Assembly: GCA_043228905.1 (NCBI GenBank)
Contig: JBHGNT010000002.1
Coordinates: forward strand, 13,516,001-13,580,000
Reading direction: 5' to 3'
Source of the DNA: Azolla caroliniana
Taxonomy: Eukaryota; Plantae; Polypodiophyta
Length of the DNA stretch: 64,000 bases
This document shows positions 50,931 through 63,006 of this stretch, one piece after another; the first letter of the stretch is position 1, and the number at the start of each line of letters is the position of its first letter. The notes below the pieces were generated by a model, which saw only the letters and a list, made by a program, of their open reading frames with translations, was not told the DNA's origin and searched no databases. Position numbers and translations under genes: made by a program.

Positions 50931-52569
50931 ATATGATTCTATGACACATAGTTAATGTGTAGAGAGTAGTGGTGTGACTCTTGACCTTTCAGTAATCATG
51001 GATTCTCAAAAGGTGTGTTCACATGTTGTGTTATGTTGAGCTTGATTCTCAACACCTCCCCTTCTTTACACTCTCGTTTAACCCTCACACTTTATCTACG
51101 TGTATAGAATACTACGGTAAATTCTCAGCACGGGATATTATATGGTCATGCCCGTTGTCATGGTGTTGCATGTGCACTGTGAGAAAAAGCAACCTTCCAC
51201 GCACATCATATGAAATAATATATAAATGAAAATAATAATTATAATTATAAATAACTTGTAGTAGCTTAGTGGTTAAGGCTTATAAATATATAGAGAGAGG
51301 TGTAAAGTTTGAGTCTCTTTTGCTACAAATCAAAGAGTATCTTGGTCCCCTTCTATTTTAGTGATCAAGGGAAAAAAACAAAGAAGCACGAATGTTAAAA
51401 TAGGTGCCTCTTTCCTCTATAAGAGGGGAGGAATAGGGCTTAGTATGGGGTCGCCCATTTTGTCTTAGGGGTGTACTAGTAGGGTTTCATCTTCTCCTCC
51501 TCTTCTTCGTGGGTTAGGGTTTTGTAGCCTCCCTTTCTCCTTATCCTTTTTTCCTTCTTCTTTTTCTTGTAGGGTTAGGGTTTGGGAGCTTCTTCTTTCT
51601 ACTTTTCTATCTTTCTCCTCAACATATTAGAGAAGCCGAGGTTTAGGGTTTTTATGTTCCTTATGAGCGTTTAGGGTTCTTCTTTGTTATGAGTTTTAGG
51701 GTTGTGAGTTTTGCATCTACTTGTGAGTTAGGGTTTGGGTTTGGGTTCCTTATACGATGACTTCTTCAACATCTCGATGGTGGTCAACTCAGTGGCCGGT
51801 TGCGGAAGGGAGGTTGTAGTGGCACGAGAGCTACTCCGAATTGAGGCAACATAGCCGTCGGAAGTAGTCGAGCTCAGAGCCCACTAGACTCGCCTTCATC
51901 AGATTATTTTCAGCCCCTTGTGTGTTGATTAGATGTTTTTGAATAATGATGAAACTATTTCTATGTAAAAGAATCACCTAAATCGTGATATCTAACCTAA
52001 CCGTTGTACAAACCCTAATTTCTGCAACATAACTCTTGTATATTTTTGTCTACATTTCTCCCTAACCTCGTGCGTTTCTCCTTAAACATTTGCTAATCAT
52101 GGTGGCGAATCTCCCACTTCCTCACCCCTTGCGTCTCCCCGATCCAAGGCCCCGGCTGTCCCGTTCAAGCGACACACGTACGCGAAACTTAGCGACACTG
52201 TAACACTTCATTAGACTTGAGAAGGTTGTTTCTCGAGAAAATGACGGATATGCATTAACCAAAGTTCTATGACATGATGCACTAGAGCATTGTTGTCGTT
52301 TGATACGAATTACTTAGTTCTTCAAGTTACACTATTTGTCTTATGTATATTGTGTAACATGTTCATCAAGTGGAAGGTTCTCGTTTCTTTTTTCTTTTTT
52401 TCCCAAAACTAGGTTCAGGTTTTGTACAATCTTCCCACCAATTTTGCCGATACTTTTAGCCTATGGTGGGAGATTTATATATATGTAGTGTGAAAGCCCA
52501 AAACTATAAATCACACTAACATTAGGATGTATATAGGTCAAGATGTGATGAAAGGGCCTTCTCTTTCTT

Positions 52570-53200
52570 TCTTTTTTGAAAGAAAAAGATACTTCCCATT
52601 AGTTAGGTAAAGTGTCTTTACAAAAGAAATGTAATCATATACAATCAACACTTTCTATCTACAACATTACCCCAGTATGTGTGTATCATCCTACAAAATT
52701 TCGGAAAAATACCATGTACCTTCCTGGTCGGGTTGCTAGGGAGGATATAACCATTTTGGTGTGGTGTAAGTTGTAACACCACTTTGGCACACCATTTAGA
52801 TAGTCCACCAAGGGTGAATCTGACATGATTGTTGAAAGGACGGTCTTAGAGCTTCCACCGTGTCTAAATATCCTTGCAACTCTTAATATTGAGCTGGTAT
52901 ATTCGTTATTAGATCATACCATAGACCAGTGATTCTCTCCTTTGGTCGACTTTCAAAGGGCATTTTTATGCCGCCAAAATTTTAGTGTGATCTTTGCATT
53001 TCGCTTCTTTTTCTCTGTTGTGGAATTTTCTGCTCCAGGTGGAAAAACAGCTGTTGGTGCCTTCTTCCTCGCCCCAACAATATATAACTGGTGGACGAGA
53101 AGTTTGTTTGTTACGATGCCAAATTTATGGAGTAGGTTAAGTCCCAGAACTAGTAATCGTGTGGTAAGGTGGAGGAAGGGCACAATAGTCCACTTACACG
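52570..53200 (-). mobile_element. Possible old LINE 3' fragment
   Basis: Tail-adjacent motif ...cttcccattag resembles the LINE ends at 39100 and 45555; coding similarity is weak. Confidence 0.3.
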
Positions 53201-54085
53201 ATTAGGATTAGGAACGGTTAATACGTGAGAATCACAACAACTATTTTGAATGTTACGTTGAGGTCCCATCCATATTCAAGAAACAAAACACATGAGAAGG
53301 TGTTGGGGTTATTTTATGATTCTGTAAGTTATTAAATTATTTGTTGTTGACGGAAAGGGCTGTTTGAGCCGATGTCGTCTCACTTTCGAACTTATTACGT
53401 CAATATTTGTAAAAGTACATGTTGTTTGATTTAACCATCATTAAATTTGGGAATTAAGTTGTACTACTATTCATTCTGCTATTAATGGACCAGGGAAATG
53501 TTTCCGAAACTATCATGGGAAGTACTTGGTAACAATTTTCACTGTTGTCTGAAATTGTGTTCAGATCTGTGATAATACATAAAATAAATAATGGATGGGC
53601 GTGCGTGCGTGCGTGAATCTTTGTTTGTGTGGGGAGGGAAGGGTTGAGTCCATTAATAAATATTACATATAGGAGGATGATCCCATAAGGTATTGATTGA
53701 TGTCATGACCTGCCAGTTATTGGTTACTTAAAAATCGTTTCTTTCTTTCTCCCTCCTTCACGAATCACAATGGTGAGGTGGGATACCCTATTTCTATTCT
53801 AATATGTATATGTATATGTATGCCACAGACAACTTGTGATGGATGCCCACTCTTGATTTGTCACCATAAATCTAGTTGTGTTTGAAGATCATTTTTATTT
53901 ACTAAAAAGAGCTACATAGACACAGACAGCTATAGATAGTGTTTGCAGGACTGGAATTTACATAAGTCATTATATATAATGAGAAACTTACATATGGATG
54001 GATGGATATACCCTGGGAGGGAAACAAAGGTGAAGAAGGGAGGAGGAAGGTTTGATTAGATAGATGATTATGATTATGATTATGA

Positions 54086-54358
54086 TTAGATGGGCTGGCT
54101 AGCAGCAGCAGCTAGCCATTGGTTGAATGTGTGAAGGGTGTTCACGGTAGAACGATGTACACATTGGGTGAAGTAAAGAAAGTTGGCCCATGTGAAGTCG
54201 CGGTAAACGCGCGGGTGAGACTCGTCCACCAGTTCCGCGGGTGGTGACAGCAAAAGGTTGAGGCCTGGGTTGAAGAAAAACGCGATGGACCCCCTCTCCT
54301 CATGCCTGTTCACCAATGCCCTGTGCAAACAGCTCTTGTAGCGTCCGTTGCTCAGGGC
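54086..54358 (-). CDS. GA20ox: Gibberellin 20-oxidase-like dioxygenase, exon 3
   Basis: Acceptor ...gacag then ALSNGRYKSCLHRALVN...RGSIAFF (distal His, RxS motif) to TAA. Confidence 0.92.
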   Translation of the reverse strand, partial: ALSNGRYKSCLHRALVNRHEERGSIAFFFNPGLNLLLSPPAELVDESHPRVYRDFTWANFLYFTQCVHRSTVNTLHTFNQWLAAAASQPI

Positions 54359-54557
54359 CTGTCGTAGTCAGTCAGTCAGTCAGTTAGTTAAGTTAGTTAG
54401 TTAATTTAGGTATGAAAGAGAGAAACGATTTTCAGAACTCACATACATACATACATACATGATACATATATACAGATGTACATAGAGAAGAGAAGAGAAG
54501 AGAAGAGAAGAGAAGAGAGAGAGAGAGAGAGAGTAGGAGTATGTAGTAGGAAGGAAC

Positions 54558-54990
54558 CATGAGAGTGTCGCCGATGTTGATGACGAAGGCATCGGAACGA
54601 GGGGAAACCGTGTACCAATGAGCGTTGTGGAAGACTTGGAGGCCAGCCACGTGGTCCTGATGCAATATGGTCAATCCGGTTGGATCCGTGTGTGGCCCTG
54701 TACCATACGTCAGCCATGGCTGCTGGCATCTTGGATAGTTGTTCAATCGCAATATGGAGCTATGCTCAGGATCGAAAAACCGTCGAAGCCCACCACCCCC
54801 ATTCATCATGCTCATGCTCATGCTCATGCTGTTGCTATTGCTATTGCTAGTATTTAATGTATTAGAAGTAGTTGAAGTACAAGCCCCTGCAACAACCCCC
54901 AACCCCAACCCCACACTGAGCACATCCAACACCTCCAACCCCAACCCAATCATTGACCGGCTATACACCTCAAACACATCGCTGCTGCTG
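54558..54990 (-). CDS. GA20ox: Gibberellin 20-oxidase-like dioxygenase, exon 2
   Basis: RLNNYPRCQQP, GTGPHTDPT (HxD), VINIGDTLM followed by a GT donor; the acceptor is a (CAG)4 run, so the start may be 54990, 54987, 54984 or 54981. Confidence 0.9.
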
Positions 54991-55201
54991 CTGCATCATC
55001 ATCTCAACCAATAAATAACACGGCCTTAATCAAATTTACATGATTTTACTAAAATTTAATCAAGTTAGCTAGCTAGCATTATTAACTTTTTGCATTGTAA
55101 GACATTCATGACAAATATTATATTACCTACTTAATGAATCAATTAATTAAGGTAGGTAGGTAGTTAGGTGTCTGTCTAGACATAAGCTACGAGAGAGTAC
55201 A

Positions 55202-55232
<31 letters not shown>

Positions 55233-55939
55233 GTTACATGATCTTCAATAATGGAAATGCCCCCCCGCTTGCTTGCATTTATCTGTGAATTTCCTGCTAC
55301 TTTACATATACAACTATGTATTATGTTCAAGATATGTTGTTGTTGTTGGTACAGGCATAATTTTGTGAGATATCTAGCTAGGCCTTAAATGTCACGCTCC
55401 CATTCATTTTGAACAGCTAATTCCTTCCTTGACGAAGAATTAGTAGAGAAATCTACAGCACAACCAGGTGCCCATTGACAATCATCTTATACTTATGATT
55501 GGACATTGATTGGCAGGAGTGTTACTTAAAATAAATGTGGGTAAGGAACATTAGATAAGACTGTGATCCCTCAGCAGTTCTCATGACTAGTAAACTGCTG
55601 GGCGGCCGGGAATAATCGCTTTCAGAATGCTAAGGAGGCTGTAACTCATTTGCAGATTGATAACCTGGATTGTTTCGTAAGGAACCAGCTGATCACCCCC
55701 TTTATGATCAACCACCACGTGACGTGCTAATCATATTTACTGCTAGCAATTCGATCATAAGCAATTAATAGGAATATTCCTCCTCATCTGAAGCATTGGA
55801 TTGCCCAGGGAAAGGTTTGAATATCGCTGGGCGGCTCGTTTGATTTATTAAGGATGATTTAGTAGTAGATTCACAACTTAAATAGCATGAATGGAGAAAT
55901 TTAGTGTATATATCCAAGTGAGGAAGACGTTAAATATAC

Positions 55940-56733
55940 CTGCTCAGATGTTCACTAGGGTAGAAGTGATGCAGCTCTCCCTCCTCCTCCTCCTCCTCCT
56001 CCTCCTCCTCCTCCTCCTCCTCCTCCTCCTCCTCCTCCTCCTCCTCCTCTTTCTCACAGGAATGATATGGATCCAGAACAGTATGGAAGAGGCTGGAAAT
56101 GTTGGAGACAGGGGAGGGTTGGAGGGAGAAGGTCTCTTTCCAAGGGAGGCGGGAAGAGAAGCGAGAGGTGAAGCTGCTGGAATAGCCATAACTATCCCCC
56201 ACCAGTCTCTGCGCTCTCTGCTTGACAGTGTTAGGAAGTTTGAAGAACCCACGGCTATGACGGTGGGCAGCTTCAATGAGTTCCTGAGGCACCCCATGGT
56301 TTATGACTTGGAAGAATCCAATTGCTTTGCCAGCCTCACATGCTTGTTTCACGACCTGGGCGATGGATTCTGGGTCGTTAGATCTCCATTTGGACAGATC
56401 TATAGTGGGCACAATGTCCTCATCTTGCTGGACTTCTTCTTCAGATTCTTCTTCATCATCTTCATAGCTTCTTTCTGATGACATTGAGGAGGAGGAGGAG
56501 GAGGAGGGAGGGGAAGATGAAGGTGATGATACAGCTGCAGAGGAATGATTAGCTTTATTGCTGGAGATAGCTTCTGGCCAGATGAAGGCAGGTGGTATTG
56601 TGGGCGCATTGAAGAAGGAAGGTTCAAAGACGAAGTGGGACGTTAATGTCTGGTTTAAATGTATGGAAGGTCCAGATGAAGTTGTAGGAAACGTGTGGTG
56701 GTGATGAGCAAGAGCGCTTGCCTCCACTGCCAT
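55940..56733 (-). CDS. GA20ox: Gibberellin 20-oxidase-like dioxygenase, exon 1
   Basis: IPPAFIWP, GFFQVINHGV, GYSSSFTSRFSSRLPWKETFS (LPWKET is GA20ox-diagnostic); phase-2 donor AG|GTATAT at 55940/55939 keeps frame with exon 2; total protein about 496-499 aa. Confidence 0.88.
55981..56049 (-). repeat. (GAG)23 microsatellite encoding poly-Glu in GA20ox exon 1
   Basis: 23 perfect ctc units on the plus strand. Confidence 0.95.
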
Positions 56734-56830
56734 GGCAGCTGCTGCTGATCTGATGGGTATGCCTCAAAAATGAATATGAAGAAGGATGATGGTCACGGTA
56801 AAAATGAGAAACTTAGTAGACCCTTATAAA

Positions 56831-56872
<42 letters not shown>

Positions 56873-59800
56873 GTGACCAACTTTTTGAATCCGATGAGAG
56901 TGGTGGTGGTGGTGGTGGAGGTAGGTCACGACGGACGGACGGACGATATGTTCCAAGGAGAAGGAACTAGAGCAGGAGAAGGAGGAGAAGGAGGAGAGTA
57001 TGATTTGATTAATGAGGATGAAGAAGGTTTCAGAGGATTAAGCAGCAGCAAATGGACTTAGCAGAGTATCTGAACATTACTGTAACAGTGATTTAAAATA
57101 ATGATCAACTAGCCTGTCCGGATGGACATATTAGGCCGTGCAGTTAATGAACGCTTCATTTCCATTAAAAGGAGAAGGGGAACGGGGGAGGTGAGAAAAT
57201 GTGGAAGATTAGGGAAAGATTATGATTTGGATTTAAAATCAGACCTCAATTTTGGTGTTACAGTTAATCAATATACATGTAGTAAGAAAGGATATTAAGC
57301 AGATTTTATGCAAGTACTGAAGAATCTGAGGATGGAGAGAGAGAGAGAGAGATAGGTACAGTGGAAGCTGAATACGAGAGAATCTTAATATGTATGGATG
57401 GATGGTGAGATCAGATGTCAGACATATATATATGCATATATATTCTTAGATTGAAGGCTTCTTCCTGTTTTTGCTGCTGTAATTGCTCTTAGAAGTGACA
57501 ATCGGGTATGCTAACTAATAATAATAATTAAGGGAGGCGATAGAGATAGTAAATTTTATGGTATTGTGAGAGGAAGACGGTTGGTTATGTATATGTATAC
57601 ATATACATACATCTCTCAGACTTAAAGTAGGCTTGCTCTTCTAATAATTAAACCGTAAACAAGAGGAGGAGGTGAAGGAGTTGTGACATGCCACATACTA
57701 CACTCACTCACTAACATCATCTACATATACATATATGTATGCATGTGTGTGTGTATATATAGATATATATGTCTATGGTTCTCTCTCCCAGTCTCTCTGA
57801 CTGACTGTGTCTCCTCGTCCCATCCCTTGGTATATATATAGGTGTAGCTAATGAGAGAGTGAGTGTCGATCCATCTCTCTGTGTGCGCGCGCATGCAATC
57901 TCTCGCATCTGTCTCCTCTCCTATGCCCTTTTTCGAAGACTATTTCATATAAGAATTTTTGTTGCCTTCCTCTCATTAAGAAATATTATATTTTTCCTTA
58001 GGCCTAAATAATTAATAATATGGAATCTCTTGTTTTGGGGTGTGCGTAGCATAGCATTAGCATATTTACATATTTCCTCGTAGACAAGGAGCGAGCCATT
58101 ACGATATTGGGGGCTGCAATACAATTGGGATATGGGGAATGCTTTCATGTTTGATAGTAGAGATGGGGTGAAAGCCTATATGAAGAAATTGAAAGGCATA
58201 TGTGGAATTTTTGGATGTTAGAGCATGTGGGAATCATTTCATGAAGTGCATATTCAAGTTTTTTGATGGCTTTAGAGGATGTCCCTCTCTCTATATGTAT
58301 AGGTTAGGTAGGTAGAGGAGACTAAAAAAAGTGGATTTTACATACGATTATATTTCTGTGCTTTACCAAAGGAAAAAAACAAAGAGAGAGAGAGAGAGAA
58401 ACAAAAAAAGACATTCTCCCCCTCGGTAATATGACAAACATGACACCGAAACACACACTCAAAAAATTTCAGCCCAAAAGGTGGGGGATGGGGTGGTTGA
58501 CGTCACAGTATGTAATATACTCGAATGCATTGGCAAACATCCTTTTCATACGAATGTAAAGGAATGCATATGTTATCAAAACATTGGACTTTGTTTTTTT
58601 TAAATTACACTTTGTACCTTAACTTTCTTGCCTTAAGAAAATAATCTACCTGACAAAAATAATGAATACAAAAGTATGGTATTTACCATACTTCAAGGGT
58701 GTTTACCATACTCCGAATGATTGAATCATCCTCGAATGCGAATTCACGTATGGTTCATACTATGGTTAACGTGATTTCTCGTCTCTCATCTCTCTTTCTT
58801 TTTTGTTTTTTCTTGGTATATCATCTCTCTTTCTCTCTCTCTCTCTCTCATTATTATTAGTTATTGTTGTGATGATCAACCGATGTACTTGCGGGATGGT
58901 TGCATTTCTCTCCCGAATGAAGAGCATATGAAGACAAGAGAAGATGGGGCTAGCTAGGCTCCCACACACATATCAATCAATCAATCACTTGAGAAGGAAC
59001 ACCCGCTCGTGCATAAAAAAACAAACATACATACATGATACATACATAGGTAGGATAGGATAGGACAAGATAGGATGGAGAAGGATAGACAAAAATAAGT
59101 AAACAAATATACATGACTCCTAAGCGAGAGAAGACAGAGTTAGGTCGGTAGGCCAAGTCTATGTGTGTACGTGCATATATGAATAGCAGACATATGAACA
59201 ATATGTAGAGGAGTGTGGATAGACACATAGTCCAAAAAACATAAATTATAGAGTACCCAAATAACATGAGAAACATAAATAATGAAGAATATTGAGGGGC
59301 GGGTGGATATAGTTTGCAAAAACATAACTAAAAGTTTATACAAATAAGAACAAATAATAGATGAACCAAGCAAGTATGGATATCAACAATGAGGATTCAT
59401 TTTTACCTAGCTTCTTATCTTTTCACCACTCAACATTTTCTTTGATTCTAAACGTTGTTGTTCATGTCAAATTCTTACCTCATAAATTAATGCATTTGCT
59501 ATTCTACTTGTTTAAATAGAGGAACAACAAGAAACATGAAAGAGAATGAAATGCATGCACAAGACAACCTAAAGAAACTCTTAAAGACTAGGAGGATCAT
59601 ATTAAATGAAGATCCATTGACAGACACATTCGTCTAGTGGCCTTGACTTTATTGTCATTCATCTTGTGCTCCAAATGTTTATAAGCTTAAGCATTTAAAC
59701 TAAATGCCAAACACTAACCTAGATGGTTTAGCGCCAACACTTCATCATGTGGTTGGAAAACCCCCTTTGTTTATAATAAGCTTAAGCATGTAAATGACCT

Positions 59801-62191
59801 TGAGGCTTTACCACCCCCCCATATTTCATTCTTTGTTTAAAAGCTTCGGCACTTAAAATAACTGTCAAATAGTAGCCTAGAGAGTTAGCACTCGATAATA
59901 AGGCATATTTCTAACTCTAGTGTCTCGTAGTTTGTTGAAGGTATTGTCTACTTGATCAAAAGAAGTAGGTAGTGTAAGTATCTTGTAATTGATGTTTGAA
60001 TGTAATTATGATGTAGTTAAGGTTATATACGTTGCGATGATTCATTAATTATTGTTGCATGTTAATACTACTAGTGTTGTATAATTTGGTTAATAATTTC
60101 TAGTTCCTCTTCTTCTTCATCAATATAGCAATGAAGAGTTACCCATGAGTTTTTAGTATAGTTGCCACAAATTGTTAAAGTGCCTACCCAAAAAGGTAGT
60201 GGGTCTTCTTCAAAACAATTATATAGTCTCTTGTTTAGTTTGCAAATGAGCATTCTTAGTTTTTTTGTTGTGAGCCTAAATCATAGGTATGACTTACTCA
60301 CCAAAACATGTCCTCAATCCCTAGCATAAAAATCTTCTACATATATAAACTATGATTAGATTACATCCATTGCAAATGATTATATAATAACTTTATAAAA
60401 ATGCAAATTCCAAGAATCACTCCTAATGGTTGAATCCCATTTTAGATTCCTTCATATCCCATTCTTGTTTGATTTAGAGACATCTATGAAGTAATTGTAT
60501 TTGTCTCCTTATATACCTAATTGTTTACATCTCTTATCCATCGAATGTATATTACTATAAACTACTAGGTAACATGTTCCCCAGTGCAAAGATATCTTGA
60601 AGAACAAATGAACCTATAAAATATTTTCTGTCCAAACTTTAGATTCTTTTAAGGGTGAGCTCCTAAAGTTTCATTTGTCTTTTTCTCCACTCCTTTGATT
60701 GTGATATTGCAAATCTTGAAGATCCCTATTTAGCTTTAGTTCCACAACTTCATCAGCCTATGTGTTGTTCATACTGGAATTTTGCTAATTTTATGTCCTG
60801 TACTTTTAGCCATTTATTTGGCCCGCCGCCCTTTCCACATCTTCGTTTAATTTAAGCTTATGAGAACATGACAAAGTTTCTCAATTGCTTCTTTGCTCAG
60901 CCCAAGGCTTGTTTACAAGCATGATACCACCTAAAGAACTCATAGTTCTATAATCTATTGAAGATCGTGAACTAACACAAGAGAGATAATAAATGGCAAC
61001 ACATATGTTGTACATGAGAGAGAATACACAAATTAATTATATTAAGGGGGTTGAACAATAGTTGTAAAGAAAGAGAAACTATGTGGATGACAGTTCATAT
61101 ATGTCAGAGAGTTCTAAAGGATTCTAACCTAACAATATATATTGATGGTAGAAATTAGAATGAGTGGTATATCATAATAAAGTATCCACTACATTAAATA
61201 TAGAGTATCTACCAAATGTTTTATTTTACATGGGTGTACTTTTTTCCAGATGCATTCTCCAATGAAGTTTGTGTTTGAGGTTGACTATAAGCCCTCATGC
61301 TAATATAAACCCCCCAAGGTCCACTTGTAAATAGAAATGACCATTATTATGCATGGTAAAGCTGAATACAATAGCTAATTAACATGAGATACACACTACA
61401 CTAACCGTTTTGTCACGTGCAATGATAACCTAGAATTTTTTCCCTAGTTATTTCTTGGTCGTTCACTTTCTTTTCGTTAAAATTTATCTCTACACATTCA
61501 TTCGAGATGTGGAAGTCTTTTCATCCCGTACCACTTCTTCATCATGTATTATTGCGAAAATGATCTTTCTATCCTTCATAAAACTTATTATGCATTCAAA
61601 GTTGTTTATTATTAACATCACCACATTCTCTTTCTTCTCATGTGAAAGTGGGAACAAAACCAAACTCCTTTACCACTAATTATATCCACTTACATAATGT
61701 TTATATCATCATATGTCCAAGTAAAAGGTTTATCTTCAAGGACATTTGGCAAACATATCGAGAGATTCGGCATGTATTCTTTACGTACATAGTTATCTCT
61801 CCACCATTAATTAACCCTTGGTCTAACCATCTTTAAACAAACATAAATATCTCTACCCTAAACATTCATGTTGAGGTGTTAACTACACCTACTAGTTTAA
61901 TCTCATCAACAAGGTAAATCAAAATACAAACTTGAATATCAAAGAAAGATACAATAATTTCTTTTTGCATTGAGCAAACAAGTTCAATAATTTCCCTCTA
62001 ATGGCATGGTGTGACATTAGACGAGGGCTCAAGTGCGATCAACTGAGATCCAAACCTGCTTGGCTCAGTCAACGTATCCTATGGAACCCATGTATCAAGG
62101 ACGAATCTAATCAACTACTGGGATCACGAAGGGGTTGTCCTAGCAATACATTGCAAAAGGTCCAGGAAAAAGTATAGAATGTTGGAGACGG

Positions 62192-62959
62192 TGTCGTGAA
62201 GAATGTGCTTCACGATATAAAAATGAGCTTAAATGTTGTATTTAATAATATTTGAGAGACTTGAACCCACATCCTTATATACGATGTACAATGTACATAC
62301 CACTAGGCTAGGCTATTTATTTGTAAAAGTGCGTAATAAATGTGCTTCATGATATAAGAATGAAGCTATATATTGTATTAAGTAAAATTGAGGGACTTGA
62401 ACCCTCAACCTTGTATATCAAGCACAAACCATACACCACTAAGCTAGGTTATTTGTTTTAGGGTTATATCCATCATTATACTTATCCCAATACATGGGAG
62501 CTCAAATGAGCATGATGGCTATCATGCATCACATGCAATGCATGTGCGCCAAATGGCGATCATGCATCAGATGTAACTCATGCATTACATGCATGACATT
62601 ACCATATGCATGGAAATACTTATAAAAAGAGAGGAAAGGAAAACAAAAGGGAATCAAGGAATCAAGAGAGAGTAAAAAAATAATATAATCAATTGAAGAA
62701 GACTAGCTCATTGGGTGGAGAACCTCTCGTTTCGAAGTTGAGGTCGAGGGTTCAAATCAAGGGTCGGTATTGAAAAGATTCATCTTGCGATCAAGGATTG
62801 TAAAGTTGGTAAAATATTATATTTTTAATATACATCATGTTTATATCATATACTCTTGTTCTTTGAATCATACTTTGTCTCAATCTTCTTTCTAGAATCA
62901 TACTTTGTCTCAATCTTCTTTCTTGAATCATACATTGTCTCTTTCTTTTATCTATGCTC

Positions 62960-63006
<47 letters not shown>

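Noticed and set aside
55891-56478. Plus-strand 195-aa ORF with poly-Leu (apparent membrane protein)
   Set aside because: Antisense reading of the (GAG)23 repeat and GA20ox exon 1.
56786-57061. Poly-Met ORF upstream of GA20ox
   Set aside because: (ATG)n microsatellite on the strand opposite the gene's 5' region.
59990-62190. Possible decayed coding or transposase sequence on the minus strand
   Set aside because: Only short ORFs with no motif I can recognise; a tBLASTx search would be needed.
62250-62770. Functional tRNA genes
   Set aside because: A and B boxes are present, but acceptor and anticodon stems do not form a proper cloverleaf; reported only as tRNA-like modules.
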